Positions 36,229 through 47,303 of a DNA stretch of 64,000 nt are shown in pieces. Location of the stretch: contig CAMMHE010000002.1 in the NCBI GenBank assembly GCA_946496575.1, positions 20,966-84,965 on the forward strand. Reading direction: 5' to 3'. Below the pieces are notes generated by a model. That model was not told where the DNA came from and did no database searches. It was given only the letters and a program-made list of their open reading frames with translations. Both the position numbers and the translations under genes were made by a program. The DNA is from an uncultured Clostridium sp. Lineage in GTDB: Bacteria; Bacillota; Clostridia; TANB77; CAG-508. The stretch's first letter is position 1. Each line of letters opens with the position of its first letter.

Positions 36229-37763
36229 ATAAAATATTTAGTATCTAGACTTCTATATTGAATTGCTTCTGCAATATGCTGAAATTTTATATTAGTTGAA
36301 TTATCTAAATCTGCTATTGTTCTTGCAATTTTTAATATTTTGTCATATGCTCTAACACTTAATTTAAATTTTTCAAATGCATCTTCTAAAACTTTTTTAC
36401 CTTTTGAATCTAATTTACAATACATTTCTAATGATTTTAAATTTAGTTCTGAATTAGAATAAATTTTTTGTGTTTTATATCTTTCTATCTGAATTTTTCT
36501 AGCTTTATCAACTCTCTCTTTGATTTCTTTAGAACTTTCTCTTTTTATGTTTGAATCTAATTTTTCATATTTTACTGGTTGAACTTCAATATGCAAATCG
36601 ATTCTATCTAGCATTGGTCCACTTACTTTTTTTAAATACTTTTTTATTGAATTTTTTGTGCAAGTGCATTTTTTGATTTCGCTTCCGTAGTAACCACATT
36701 GGCATGGATTCATACTTGCTATCAACATAAAATTACTAGGATATGTAACTGTTTCTGCCATTCTATTTATTGTAATTTTCTTTTCTTCTATCGGACTTCT
36801 TAAAATTTCTAAAGTTGATCTTTTAAATTCTGGTAATTCATCTAAAAATAATACTCCATTATGTGCTAAACTGATTTCTCCTGGTTTTGGAATTCGTCCT
36901 CCACCTACTAAAGATGCATTAGAAATAGTATAATGTGGATCTCTAAATGGTCTTTTGGTAACTAATGCTTTATTTTGTAATTTTCCTGCTATGCTGTGAA
37001 TTTTTGTGATTTCTAGTATTTCTTCAAATGTTAAATTTGGTAAAATTGTTTGTATTCTTTTTGCTAGCATTGTTTTTCCACATCCCGGACTTCCTATTAA
37101 TAAACAGTTATGAAATCCTGCTGCTGCTATTTCTAAACACCTTTTAACATTTTCTTGTCCTTTTATATCTGAAAAATCAATTTCATAATTTATGTTTGTT
37201 TCAAGCAATTTTTCTATATCAAAATTTGTTTTTTCTATTTCTTGTTTTTCATTTAAATATTGCACTACTTCTTTTAAACTTTTTACTGGAATTATATATA
37301 AATCTTTTATAATAGCCGCTTCTTGTCTATTTTCAAAAGGAATAATTACTATTTTTATTCCAAATTTTCTTGCTTCTATACACATTGGCAATATTCCTTT
37401 TACTTTGTTTATTTTACCACTTAATGATAATTCACCAATAAATACTGCATTAAATACTAAATTTTGCATTCTGGGTTTTATAATTCCTAAAGCCATCAAA
37501 ATTCCTACAGCAATTGCTAAATCAAAATTACTGCCTCCCTTTCTAATATTAGCAGGTGCCAAATTAATTAATATCTTTTTACTTGGAAATTGTACATTTG
37601 TATTTTTAATTGCTGCTTTTACTCTTTCTTTAGCTTCCCTTACTATTGTATCTGGAAAACCTATTATTTCAAAAGATGGCATTCCAGATGTTATATCTGT
37701 TTGCACATCTACTATATAACCATTAAGTCCATTTAATGACATTGTTTTTACCATAGATAACAT
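36225..37763 (-). CDS. comM: YifB/ComM family Mg-chelatase-like AAA+ ATPase
   Basis: GLNGYIVDVQTDI...FDLAIAVGIL...LLIGSPGCGKTMLA...GVLFLDELPEF...ASMNPCQCGYYG. Likely start MLSMVKT (Met 18 of the track ORF). Confidence 0.9.
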   Translation of the reverse strand: MLSMVKTMSLNGLNGYIVDVQTDITSGMPSFEIIGFPDTIVREAKERVKAAIKNTNVQFPSKKILINLAPANIRKGGSNFDLAIAVGILMALGIIKPRMQNLVFNAVFIGELSLSGKINKVKGILPMCIEARKFGIKIVIIPFENRQEAAIIKDLYIIPVKSLKEVVQYLNEKQEIEKTNFDIEKLLETNINYEIDFSDIKGQENVKRCLEIAAAGFHNCLLIGSPGCGKTMLAKRIQTILPNLTFEEILEITKIHSIAGKLQNKALVTKRPFRDPHYTISNASLVGGGRIPKPGEISLAHNGVLFLDELPEFKRSTLEILRSPIEEKKITINRMAETVTYPSNFMLIASMNPCQCGYYGSEIKKCTCTKNSIKKYLKKVSGPMLDRIDLHIEVQPVKYEKLDSNIKRESSKEIKERVDKARKIQIERYKTQKIYSNSELNLKSLEMYCKLDSKGKKVLEDAFEKFKLSVRAYDKILKIARTIADLDNSTNIKFQHIAEAIQYRSLDTKYFI

Positions 37764-37906
37764 ATTAATCTTCCTTTCTTTTAAATCATTTGGATTTTTA
37801 TAGGATCTATCCATAAACCTAATATTTTTTTCTAATTTGATTGATTTTTTTTATTCTTTACTATAAAATATATCCATAACAAAAGATTTTTAAGAAGTGG
37901 TTAATT

Positions 37907-39772
37907 ATGAAAAAGAAAAAAGAAAATAAAATTTTAGAATTTAAGAATAATCTTAATATAGCAAATACTGTACCAACCGTAAAATTAAAAATTGTATTAA
38001 TTGCAGTTTTTTTGTTATTAATATTACTATTGATTAGAATTGCATTTTTACAATTTATTGACGGAAAAACTTTAAAACAAAAAGCATATTCACAGTTATC
38101 ATATACTCAAACGATTTCTGCTAAAAGAGGCTCTATTTATGATTCTACTGGTACTGTACTAGCTACAAGTTATAAAGCAGATAATGTAATAATAGTTCCT
38201 TCAAAGGTGTCTAATGACAAAAAGCAACTTGTTGCTTCAGCTTTAGGTAACATTTTCGGTTTAGATTATAATCAAGTTTTAGATGTACTAAATAGTTCTG
38301 AATCTAAAATAACTTTAGTTAAAAATGCTTCTAAAGATAAAGTTGATGAATTAGAAAAATGGATAAAAGATAATGAAATAACTTATGGTGCAATTTATAC
38401 AGAAGAAACAACTGCCAGATATTACCCCTATTCTAATTTAGCCTCAAATGTAATTGGTTTCTGTGGTACTGACAGCCAAGGCTTAAGTGGAATTGAATAT
38501 AGTTGGGATTCACTTCTTACTGGTACATCTGGAAAATCTGTTAGCTCAAAAGATGCTTCTCAATCTCAAATACCTAATACAGAAGAAACATATATCCCAG
38601 CTGAAAATGGTTATGATTTAACTTTAACAATTGATGTAAATATTCAAAGTATAGTAGAAAAATACCTAAAACAATCTGTTGAAGAAAATGATTGTAATAG
38701 AGGCGGAACTGCAATAGTAATGGATCCTTCTACAGGTGATATTTTAGCAATGGCTTCTTACCCTGACTATGACTTAAATTCACCTTTTACTCCTAATACA
38801 TATATATCTGAAAATTGGGATAGATTAACTTCTAGTGAAAAATCTAATCTATTGCAAAAAATGTGGAATAATAAATGCATTACAGATACTTATGAACCTG
38901 GGTCTGTATTTAAAACTATAACAGCTGCAGTTGCTCTTGAAGAAAATATTGTTAAAGTTGATGTTCCAAACCAATTTTATTGTTCTGGAGTCGAAGTTGT
39001 TGCTGACAGAAATATAAAGTGTTGGAGAACAAATCCTCATGGATCTCAATCTTTAAGAGATGCTTACAATAATTCTTGTAACCCTGCATTTATGCAATTA
39101 GGTAAAATGGTAGGTTCTACTTTATTATACAAGTATTATGATGCTTTTGGTTTTTTTGAAAAAACTGGAATATCATTATCTGGTGAATCTTCTGGAATAT
39201 TTTTTGATTTAGATGATGTAGGCCCTGTTCAATTAGCTACTATGTCTTTTGGACAACGTTTTACAATTACTCCTTTACAAATGATTTCTTCAATTTCAGC
39301 AATTGTAAATAATGGTGTTTTAATGCAACCACGTATTGTAAAATCAATTAAAAATACTGATACAGGTGAAATTACTTCTATTTCTACAACTGAAATTCGC
39401 CAAGTAGTTTCAAAAGAAACTTCTGAAACTATAAAATCTATGATGCAATCTGAAGTAGAAGTTGGTACTGGTAAAAAGGGATTAGTTGCAGGATATACTG
39501 TTGGTGGAAAAACAGGTACTTCTGAACCAAGTCAAAGTAATACCGAAGAAGGTTTTGTTGCTTCATTTGTTGGTATAGGTCCTGTGGAAAATACAAAATT
39601 AGTAATCCTAGTTTGTCTATATGATCCTCAAGGCAAGTCTCATCAAGGTGGACAAATTGCTGCTCCTGTTGTTTCTAATATTTTTTCAGAAGTACTTCCT
39701 TATTTAGGTATTTCATCTAATGCAGATAAATCTACTGAAAAAAATACAACATCTGATAATAATTTATATTAA
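37907..39772 (+). CDS. Class B penicillin-binding protein (FtsI/SpoVD-type transpeptidase)
   Basis: N-terminal TM. SxxK GSVFKTIT, SxN NNSCNP, KTG GGKTGTSE. Confidence 0.85.
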   Translation: MKKKKENKILEFKNNLNIANTVPTVKLKIVLIAVFLLLILLLIRIAFLQFIDGKTLKQKAYSQLSYTQTISAKRGSIYDSTGTVLATSYKADNVIIVPSKVSNDKKQLVASALGNIFGLDYNQVLDVLNSSESKITLVKNASKDKVDELEKWIKDNEITYGAIYTEETTARYYPYSNLASNVIGFCGTDSQGLSGIEYSWDSLLTGTSGKSVSSKDASQSQIPNTEETYIPAENGYDLTLTIDVNIQSIVEKYLKQSVEENDCNRGGTAIVMDPSTGDILAMASYPDYDLNSPFTPNTYISENWDRLTSSEKSNLLQKMWNNKCITDTYEPGSVFKTITAAVALEENIVKVDVPNQFYCSGVEVVADRNIKCWRTNPHGSQSLRDAYNNSCNPAFMQLGKMVGSTLLYKYYDAFGFFEKTGISLSGESSGIFFDLDDVGPVQLATMSFGQRFTITPLQMISSISAIVNNGVLMQPRIVKSIKNTDTGEITSISTTEIRQVVSKETSETIKSMMQSEVEVGTGKKGLVAGYTVGGKTGTSEPSQSNTEEGFVASFVGIGPVENTKLVILVCLYDPQGKSHQGGQIAAPVVSNIFSEVLPYLGISSNADKSTEKNTTSDNNLY

Positions 39773-39804
39773 AAATAGAATAAGCAAATTAGCTTATTCT
39801 ATTT

Positions 39805-40059
39805 TTACATATATTTGCTTTTATATTCTTCCAATGCTTTTGAAACTTGATCAGGGCAAGAAGTTCCTCTAACTCCACATGGTATGCCTTTTAGCATATT
39901 AATTATTTCTTCAATTTTCTTTCCTTTTACTAGTTTAGACACTCCAATTGTATTTCCTGGACACCCTCCAACAATTTGTAGATTTTTGATTATGTTTCCT
40001 TCTATTTCGAAAATCATTTTCATTGAGCAAACTCCTTTTGGTATATATTCAAATTTCAT
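39805..40059 (-). CDS. TSCPD-domain small protein (TIGR03905-like, conserved Cys pairs)
   Basis: GVCSMKMIFEIEGNIIKNLQIVGGCPGNTIGVSKLVKGKKIEEII..LKGIPCGVRGTSCPDQ. Confidence 0.7.
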   Translation of the reverse strand: MKFEYIPKGVCSMKMIFEIEGNIIKNLQIVGGCPGNTIGVSKLVKGKKIEEIINMLKGIPCGVRGTSCPDQVSKALEEYKSKYM

Positions 40060-40105
40060 TTTTACTCCTGCCTTTCATTTAATTTAATATTATTTCTATG
40101 ACTTT

Positions 40106-40684
40106 TCAATTTTTTACAATTCCCATAAATAAAATATCTTGACTTCCATTTGTTATATATCTTTTCCAATCTGTTATATTATTTTTATTATTATTTTGTT
40201 CTACTTCAAATTCCTTTATGTATTTTTCAAATTTTACTAAATGTATTATAGAGCCTCTTTCAAGTACTCCCCATTTATTTTCATTTATACTTAATAATAC
40301 ACTATGGTTATTTTTTTCACTTTCAGATTCTATTATCTTTACTTTACTTACTATACTAGAAAATTCTGAATCTTCATATTCTTTAAATTTTTCGTCATAT
40401 AATATACACCAATAACAAAATATAGATTCCTTTATTCTATCTTTTGGAATTAATTTTAAATATATATCAGCATTGGTTTGATCTTTTAAAATTACTTTAA
40501 TTTTAATCATTGTAAATTGATATTCTGCTATGGTTTTCATATATTTTAATTGTTCATATTCGAAATCAATTATATCTAATTTGGATATTTCATTTAATAA
40601 ATTTATTGTTATTTCTTTATTTTTTGGCATTAATATTACTTTTAATAAGGTATTACAATTATCACTTGATATTTTTATATTCAT
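40106..40684 (-). CDS. Hypothetical protein; weak, degenerate resemblance to PDDEXK_2 / Rpn-type nuclease-transposase family
   Basis: LLKVILMPKNKEITINLLNEISKLDIIDFEYEQ...IKVILKDQTNADIYLKLIP...IFCYWCILYDE resembles the family layout, but the D...IEMQ catalytic positions read IK...IYLKL. The function call is speculative. Confidence 0.3.
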   Translation of the reverse strand: MNIKISSDNCNTLLKVILMPKNKEITINLLNEISKLDIIDFEYEQLKYMKTIAEYQFTMIKIKVILKDQTNADIYLKLIPKDRIKESIFCYWCILYDEKFKEYEDSEFSSIVSKVKIIESESEKNNHSVLLSINENKWGVLERGSIIHLVKFEKYIKEFEVEQNNNKNNITDWKRYITNGSQDILFMGIVKN

Positions 40685-41077
40685 TTCCCCCTTTATTTTA
40701 ACTTGTTAATTGATATAAATTCTCTATAAATATGTTTTTTGTGAAATATTTATAATTCAATTAAATGTAGAATTCTTTAAAAATTTAAATATTAATTTTT
40801 AAAATTAATTTATTTTATTATTGGAAATATATAATAAGAAAATAATTTTAAGAAATAATTTGATTGAAAAAATTTGAAAATAATAAATATTAATTCAAGT
40901 ATACTTTATGTAACCTTTGTTGTCAATAAAATATTTAATTTTTTTCTTCTTTTCCATCGCATTTTTCGACAATTTACTTCACTTCTATTGATATTCCCAA
41001 TTGTTATTATTTAATCATATTTTTCCACATTAATCGCATTTGTCTCATTATATTACACATTACTTTATTAAATTTTT

Positions 41078-42859
41078 TTATTCTTTTATTTTTTCTGCTA
41101 TTTTTCTTGTAATACCCTTTACTTGTAATAATTCTTCAATAGTTGCATTTTTTATTTTGCTTACACTTCCAAATTTTTTTAATAATAATTGTTTCTTTAC
41201 TTGCCCGATACCTTTTATATCATCTAACTCTGATTTATTCATTGTGTTATCTCTTATTTTCCTATGATATGATATTGCAGTATTATGCACAGCATCTTGA
41301 AAGTTTGTAATTGTATTCATTAGTTGTTCTGATATTTCTAATTCTTTTCTATCTGGTGAAATTAAAGCTCTAGTTTGATGTTTATCGTTTTTTACCATTC
41401 CATATACTGGAATTTGTAGATTATATTTCTTTATTGCTTTTTGTATTGCTTTTATTTGATTAATTCCTCCATCTGCAAAAATAACATCTGGTAGTTTTCC
41501 AAATCCTCCATCTGGGTTTTCAATTGAATGTTTTAACCTTCTTGTTACTATTTCTTCCATAGCTGCAACATCATCTTGACCTATTACTGTTTTTACTTTA
41601 AATCTCCTTGATAAATTCTTTTTTATAAATCCATCTTGCATTACACACATTCCGGCAACAGTATATTCTCCACTAATATTAGAAATATCAAAAGTTTCTA
41701 TCTTTCTTGGAAGTTTGTCAAGTTCTAGTACTTCTTTAAGTTCTAATAATATAGAACTTTTATCTTTTTCTTTATTTTCTAATGTGACTTTACTATTATT
41801 TTCTGCCATCTCTACAAATCTTAATTTTTCACCTTTTTTAGGACTAATTAATTCTACTTTTTTACCTTTTACTTTTCCACTCAACCATTTTTCTATGACA
41901 TTTTTGTCCTCTAATTCTTCTCTAAGCATTATCTTGTTTGGAATGTCTTCTTTATCCATATAATATTGCTTTATAAATCCTCCTAGTATTTCACTATCTT
42001 CCATATCTTTTAATTCATTGAAAAAATAATGTTCTCTACCTATCATTTTACTACCACGTACGAAAAAGATCTCAATACATACTTCCAGTTCTGACTTTGC
42101 CATTCCTACTACATCTATATTATTTTCAGATATATTTGATACCTTTTGCCTTTCACCAACTCGTTCAATTGCTATTTTTTTATCTCTTAAATATGCTGCT
42201 TGCTCAAAATCAAGTTTGTCTGATGCTTCCTTCATTTGTTTTTCTATTTCTTTTATTACTTTTTCTTTTTTTCCATCTAAAAAATCAATTATTTCTTCTA
42301 TCTGTTTTCTATATGCTTCTTTCGTTACATACCCCATACATGGTGCTAAACATCTTTTTATATGATAATTCAAACAAGGTCTATCTGTATATTTAAAATT
42401 TTTACACTGCCTTATTTTATACTTTTGTTTTATAAAATCTAACATTTCCTTTGCTGCCCCAGGATTTGCATATGGTCCAAAATATTTAGATCCATCATTG
42501 ATAAGTTTTCTTGTTATATATACTCCAGGATAATCAGATTTAATATCAATTTTAATATACGGATATGTTTTATCATCTTTTAATAGAACATTGAATTTTG
42601 GTCTGTTTTCCTTAATTAAGTTACATTCCAATATCAAAGCTTCTGCTTCATTATCTACAACTATGTATTCAAAGTGATCAATTAATGATACCATGTTTAA
42701 AATTCTTTGTGTTTTGTTAGTTTTCCTAAAATAAGATCTTACTCTATTTTTTAGTGAAATTGCTTTTCCTACATAAATTATATTGTTATTTTTATCTCTC
42801 ATAATATATACTCCAGGTTTTCCTGGCAATTTTTTTAATTCTTCTTCTATATTAAACAT
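41078..42859 (-). CDS. uvrC: Excinuclease ABC subunit C
   Basis: LPGKPGVYIMRDKNNNIIYVGKAISLKNRVRSYF (GIY-YIG), UVR motif FEQAAYLRDK, C-terminal HhH. Likely start MFNIEEELKKLP (Met 9 of the track ORF). Confidence 0.95.
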   Translation of the reverse strand: MFNIEEELKKLPGKPGVYIMRDKNNNIIYVGKAISLKNRVRSYFRKTNKTQRILNMVSLIDHFEYIVVDNEAEALILECNLIKENRPKFNVLLKDDKTYPYIKIDIKSDYPGVYITRKLINDGSKYFGPYANPGAAKEMLDFIKQKYKIRQCKNFKYTDRPCLNYHIKRCLAPCMGYVTKEAYRKQIEEIIDFLDGKKEKVIKEIEKQMKEASDKLDFEQAAYLRDKKIAIERVGERQKVSNISENNIDVVGMAKSELEVCIEIFFVRGSKMIGREHYFFNELKDMEDSEILGGFIKQYYMDKEDIPNKIMLREELEDKNVIEKWLSGKVKGKKVELISPKKGEKLRFVEMAENNSKVTLENKEKDKSSILLELKEVLELDKLPRKIETFDISNISGEYTVAGMCVMQDGFIKKNLSRRFKVKTVIGQDDVAAMEEIVTRRLKHSIENPDGGFGKLPDVIFADGGINQIKAIQKAIKKYNLQIPVYGMVKNDKHQTRALISPDRKELEISEQLMNTITNFQDAVHNTAISYHRKIRDNTMNKSELDDIKGIGQVKKQLLLKKFGSVSKIKNATIEELLQVKGITRKIAEKIKE

Positions 42860-42889
42860 ACTCTCACCATTTATTTCAATCATTTTTTG

Positions 42890-42919
42890 GCTCTTAAAAG
42901 ATTATATCCTTAAGAGCCT
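42890..42919. other. 9-bp inverted repeat GGCTCTTAA / TTAAGAGCC (12-nt loop) between clpC and uvrC
   Basis: Read directly. The T-run follows the stem only on the plus strand, although both flanking genes are on the minus strand. Confidence 0.6.
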
Positions 42920-42935
42920 TTTTATTAATCTGTAA

Positions 42936-45407
42936 TTATTTTATAATAACTCTTTCTTCTTGTATGTCTATCGTAGCTGTTTTTTCTGGCTCGATTTTGC
43001 CGTCTAAAATTCCTTCTGCAAGTGTATCTTCTAATAAATTTTGTATTGTTCTTCTAAGAGGTCTAGCTCCAAACGCTTTATCTGTTCCTTTTTTAGCTAT
43101 AAATTGTTTTAACTCTGGTGTAACTTCTATATATATTTTTTTATCTTTTAGTCTGTTTGCTACTTGTTTTATCATTATATCAATTATTTTGCTTATATCA
43201 TCTTCATTTAACTTTTGAAATACTATTATTTCATCTATACGATTAATGAATTCTGGTCTTAATTCTTTTTTTACTATTGAAATTACTTCTTTTTTTGTTT
43301 CTTCATATTCTTTTTTTAAGTCTTCACTTTCTTGATTATTTGTGAAACCTAATGCTTTTTTATCTGTAATAACTCGTGCACCTATATTAGATGTCATTAT
43401 AATTACTGTGTTTTTAAAGTTTACCATTCTTCCTTGGCTATCTGTTAATCTTCCATCTTCTAAAATTTGTAATAACATATTCATTACATCTGGATGAGCC
43501 TTTTCTATTTCATCAAATAGTATTATTGAATATGGTTTTCTTCTTATTTTTTCTGTAAGTTGACCTCCTTCATCAAATCCTACATAACCAGGTGGAGAAC
43601 CTATCAATTTTGATACAGAATGTGGTTCCATATATTCTGACATATCCACTCTTATCATGGCATCTTCATTTCCAAATAATACTTCTGCTAATGCTTTTGA
43701 TAATTCTGTTTTTCCTACTCCTGTAGGACCTAAAAATAAAAATGAACCTATTGGTCTTTTAGGATCTTTTAGTCCTACTCTACCTCTACGTATAGCTTTA
43801 CTTACTGCCTCTACTGCCTCATTTTGTCCTATTACTCTTTGATGCAAACTTTTTTCTAGATTTTTTAACTTTTCATTTTCATCTTGTGTTAATTTCTGGG
43901 TTGGTATTCCTGTCCAAGATGATATTACTTCTGCTATATTTTCTTCTGTTATGTCAATTACTGATTTATTATTTTTATTTTTCCATTTTTCTTCTTCTTT
44001 TTGTACTTTTTCCTTTAATTCTCTTTCTTTATCTCTTAAGCTAGCTGCTTTTTCAAATTTTTGACTTCTTACTGCTTCTTCTTTATCTTTTGAAACTGTT
44101 TCTAATTCTTCTTGTAATTTTTTTAAATTTTCTGGTTCTGTATATGTTTTTAATCTAACACGTGATGCTGCCTCATCAATTAAGTCTATAGCTTTGTCTG
44201 GAAGAAATCTATCATTTATATATCTTATTGACAATTCAGTTGCTGCTTTTATTGCTTCATCTGTTATTTTTACATTATGATGTGCTTCATATTTATCCCT
44301 TAATCCTTTTAATATTAGAATTGTATCATTTTCGCTTGGCTCTGATACTGTTACGGGACTAAATCTTCTTTCTAATGCTGAATCTTTTTCTATATATTTT
44401 CTATATTCATTTAATGTAGTGGCTCCAACTAATTGTATTTCTCCTCTTGCGAGTATTGGTTTTAAAATATTTGCTGCATCTATAGCTCCTTCTGCAGAAC
44501 CTGCACCAACTATTGTATGAAATTCGTCAATAAATAATATAATATCTTTAGCCTTTTTAACTTCATTTAACGCTTTTTTCATTCTTTCTTCAAAATCGCC
44601 TCTATATTTACTGCCTGCTACCATTCCTGATATATCTAGAGTTACTACTCTCTTATTTTTTAATATTTCTGGCACATCACCTACAATTATTTTTTGAGCT
44701 AAACCTTCTACTATAGCTGTTTTTCCTACTCCTGGCTCTCCTACTAAACATGGATTATTTTTTGTTCTTCTTGAAAGAATTTGAATTACTCTATCTATTT
44801 CTTCTTTTCTTCCTATTACTGGATCCAGTTTTCCCTCTTCTGCTTTTATTGTCAAATCTTCTCCAAATTGATTTAATGTTTGTGTTGAATTATAGCTTCC
44901 CTTTCCTTGTATTGTTTTTTTATTAGTTCTAGAAGCTGTTCCTGTATCATTAATACCTGATGATGTAACATCTTCTGCCTCATTTATTACTCTTACTATT
45001 TCGTTATACAACTTTTGTATATTTACATTTAATTCTAATAATATTCTAGTTGCTGCACTATCTGCTTCTCTTAAAATTCCTATTAATAAATGCTCTGTTC
45101 CTATATAGTCATATCCTAATTTTCTAGCTTCAATAAAAGCATTTTCTATTATTTTTTTTGTTCGTGGTGTAAAACCTAAACTTTCGTTTTTAGGTTCCTC
45201 TCTTCCAATTAATTCTTCTATTTTTTGTTCTATTTTTTCAGAAGTCAATCCCTGACTTTCTAAAACTTTTGCTGCTATTCCTATTCCTTCTTCAATTAGT
45301 CCATATAAAATATGTTCTGTTGCAATATAATTATGTCCCAATTCTAAAGATATATCATTTGCAATTTCTATAGCTTTTTTTGCCCTTGTTGTAAACTTAT
45401 ATATCAT
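42936..45407 (-). CDS. clpC: ATP-dependent Clp protease ATP-binding subunit ClpC
   Basis: Two Clp_N repeats, [13 protein letters not shown]-like linker, second AAA module [10 protein letters not shown]. 823 aa. Confidence 0.95.
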   Translation of the reverse strand: MIYKFTTRAKKAIEIANDISLELGHNYIATEHILYGLIEEGIGIAAKVLESQGLTSEKIEQKIEELIGREEPKNESLGFTPRTKKIIENAFIEARKLGYDYIGTEHLLIGILREADSAATRILLELNVNIQKLYNEIVRVINEAEDVTSSGINDTGTASRTNKKTIQGKGSYNSTQTLNQFGEDLTIKAEEGKLDPVIGRKEEIDRVIQILSRRTKNNPCLVGEPGVGKTAIVEGLAQKIIVGDVPEILKNKRVVTLDISGMVAGSKYRGDFEERMKKALNEVKKAKDIILFIDEFHTIVGAGSAEGAIDAANILKPILARGEIQLVGATTLNEYRKYIEKDSALERRFSPVTVSEPSENDTILILKGLRDKYEAHHNVKITDEAIKAATELSIRYINDRFLPDKAIDLIDEAASRVRLKTYTEPENLKKLQEELETVSKDKEEAVRSQKFEKAASLRDKERELKEKVQKEEEKWKNKNNKSVIDITEENIAEVISSWTGIPTQKLTQDENEKLKNLEKSLHQRVIGQNEAVEAVSKAIRRGRVGLKDPKRPIGSFLFLGPTGVGKTELSKALAEVLFGNEDAMIRVDMSEYMEPHSVSKLIGSPPGYVGFDEGGQLTEKIRRKPYSIILFDEIEKAHPDVMNMLLQILEDGRLTDSQGRMVNFKNTVIIMTSNIGARVITDKKALGFTNNQESEDLKKEYEETKKEVISIVKKELRPEFINRIDEIIVFQKLNEDDISKIIDIMIKQVANRLKDKKIYIEVTPELKQFIAKKGTDKAFGARPLRRTIQNLLEDTLAEGILDGKIEPEKTATIDIQEERVIIK

Positions 45408-45476
45408 TTTAGTTCCTCCATTCTAATTTGATTTTGAAAATAGATTTATTTTAAATAATGTTTTTATTATAAATTG

Positions 45477-46472
45477 CTAATCACTTTTTATTATTTCTTT
45501 AATTATTTCAGCTCTTTTTTGTTCTTCTTGCAATTTTTCTAACTCTTGTCCATAATATTTTTCTAGATTTGCAAGTTTTACAAATAAATATAATTTTTTT
45601 ATTTTTGCATCTGTTAATTGTGTTATTATCCCTAAATCTGTTCCTAATTTTACATATGATAATAAATCTTCTGCCTCTTTTTCAGATATTTTTCTGCAAT
45701 TGCTTAATATACCATAACTTCTGCATACCTCGTCTTCTAGAGATATTTGATTTTCTGCTAAAATTTTTCTTGCTAATCTTTCTTGCTCAATTATTTTTTC
45801 TGCTATTATTTTTAAATTTCTTATTATATCTTCTTCTGTTATTCCTAATGTTTGTTTATTTGAAATTACGTAAAAGTCTTGTATATTATCTTTTTTTATT
45901 TCTATTCCAAATTTGTCAACAAATTTTAGTATTTTAGAAATATTACCTGTTTTTGACAATGCTGGTAAATGTAAAATTACAGTTAATTTCATTCCTGTTC
46001 CAACATTCATTGGACTTGTAGTCAAAAATCCATATTTTTTACTTTGAGCAATATTGAATTCATTTTGTAGCTTCTCATCTATTTCTATTGCTAAATTTGA
46101 TATTCCTTCTAAATCTAGCCCACTTGTAAATACTTGTATTTTTAAGTGATCTTCTTCATTTACAAGTATACATATATTTTCTTCTTCATTTATTAAGATT
46201 GAAGTTATATTTTTCTTACTTGCCATCTGTGGTGTTATTAAGTCTTTTTCTATTAAACTATTTATTGTTATTTCATCTAAATCTCTTAATTTTATAAATT
46301 TTAATCCATATCCAATTTTTATTAAGTTTTCATTTAGAATTTTTTCCTCTAATTTTATTTCTTCTGTACTTTTTATGTAAAAGTTAAATTGTTCTAGGTT
46401 TCTAGCTAAACTGATTTTTGAACTTATAATTACATCTGATTCTTTTCCCGTTTGTAGATACCAATTTAACAT
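45477..46472 (-). CDS. mcsB: Protein arginine kinase McsB
   Basis: Guanido-kinase fold: LVNEEDHLKIQV...FLTTSPMNVGTGMKLTVILHLPAL. Position between mcsA and clpC. Confidence 0.9.
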   Translation of the reverse strand: MLNWYLQTGKESDVIISSKISLARNLEQFNFYIKSTEEIKLEEKILNENLIKIGYGLKFIKLRDLDEITINSLIEKDLITPQMASKKNITSILINEEENICILVNEEDHLKIQVFTSGLDLEGISNLAIEIDEKLQNEFNIAQSKKYGFLTTSPMNVGTGMKLTVILHLPALSKTGNISKILKFVDKFGIEIKKDNIQDFYVISNKQTLGITEEDIIRNLKIIAEKIIEQERLARKILAENQISLEDEVCRSYGILSNCRKISEKEAEDLLSYVKLGTDLGIITQLTDAKIKKLYLFVKLANLEKYYGQELEKLQEEQKRAEIIKEIIKSD

Positions 46473-46474
46473 AT

Positions 46475-47017
46475 TTATCTCCTTTCTTCTTCCATTTTTT
46501 TTATTTCATCTCTTAAAATTGCTGCTTCTTCATATTTTTCATCTGATATTGCTATTTTTAATTTTTGTTTTAATTGATCTATTACATTTAATTTACCTGA
46601 ATTTTTGTTATTATAGTTTCTATTTTGAATTATATTATTAGTGTTACTATTTCCAATATTTTTTCCTAGTCTCCCAATATGTCTATCTGCTCCTTGTATG
46701 TTTTTTAATAGTGTATCAATTTTTTCTTCAAAAGTTTCATAACATTCTGGGCATCCTAATTTACCAGTATTAATAAATTCCTCAAATGTTTGATTACATC
46801 TATTACATTTTAATTTTTTAGTATCTAATAAATCTGGAAATATCTCACTACTTTCAAGTTCTGTAAAGAAATCGCTAAGAAAACTTGAAAGGTCTATTGG
46901 AATATTAAAATTACCTATTCCTAATTTTTTTCCACATTCGTCACATAATAAAATTTCTCTTTTTTTTCCATTTATTACTTGTGTATATTTTATACTTGCA
47001 TAATTTTTACAAAACAT
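46475..47017 (-). CDS. mcsA: McsA (zinc-finger and UVR-motif activator of McsB)
   Basis: CxxC pairs (CDECGKK, CNRCNQ, CPECYE) and C-terminal UVR EKYEEAAILRDEIKKME. Confidence 0.85.
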   Translation of the reverse strand: MFCKNYASIKYTQVINGKKREILLCDECGKKLGIGNFNIPIDLSSFLSDFFTELESSEIFPDLLDTKKLKCNRCNQTFEEFINTGKLGCPECYETFEEKIDTLLKNIQGADRHIGRLGKNIGNSNTNNIIQNRNYNNKNSGKLNVIDQLKQKLKIAISDEKYEEAAILRDEIKKMEEERR

Positions 47018-47044
47018 TTTTTACCCTCCATATTTATATTATAT

Positions 47045-47257
47045 TTATTTTTTTGTTTTTTTCAACCTTAGTTTTGTATTTTTAGTAATTTTTTCTAGTT
47101 CTTCTGCTTTTTCTTTCTGCGTTGGTAAAGGAATCCATGCAAAGTATGATGATATAAATTCTCCATATTTTGTTGCATCTTCTTCTCCTACTTCAAAATG
47201 TTTGTATTTTTCCTTACTGTCTTCATTTAGATGTTTATATTTTTTTTTATTTTCCAT
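47045..47257 (-). CDS. Hypothetical K/E-rich 70-aa protein (occupies the position where ctsR is usually found)
   Basis: ORF only, with a weak RBS. Starts right after a hairpin. Not CtsR-like. Confidence 0.35.
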   Translation of the reverse strand: MENKKKYKHLNEDSKEKYKHFEVGEEDATKYGEFISSYFAWIPLPTQKEKAEELEKITKNTKLRLKKTKK

Positions 47258-47300
47258 AAAAAATGCACCTGCCTTTTTTATAGCTTGTGCATTTTTTTTT
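47257..47300 (-). terminator. Hairpin after spoVM
   Basis: Minus strand AAAAAATGCAC-18 nt-GTGCATTTTTT directly after the spoVM stop. Confidence 0.45.
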
Positions 47301-47303
47301 AGT

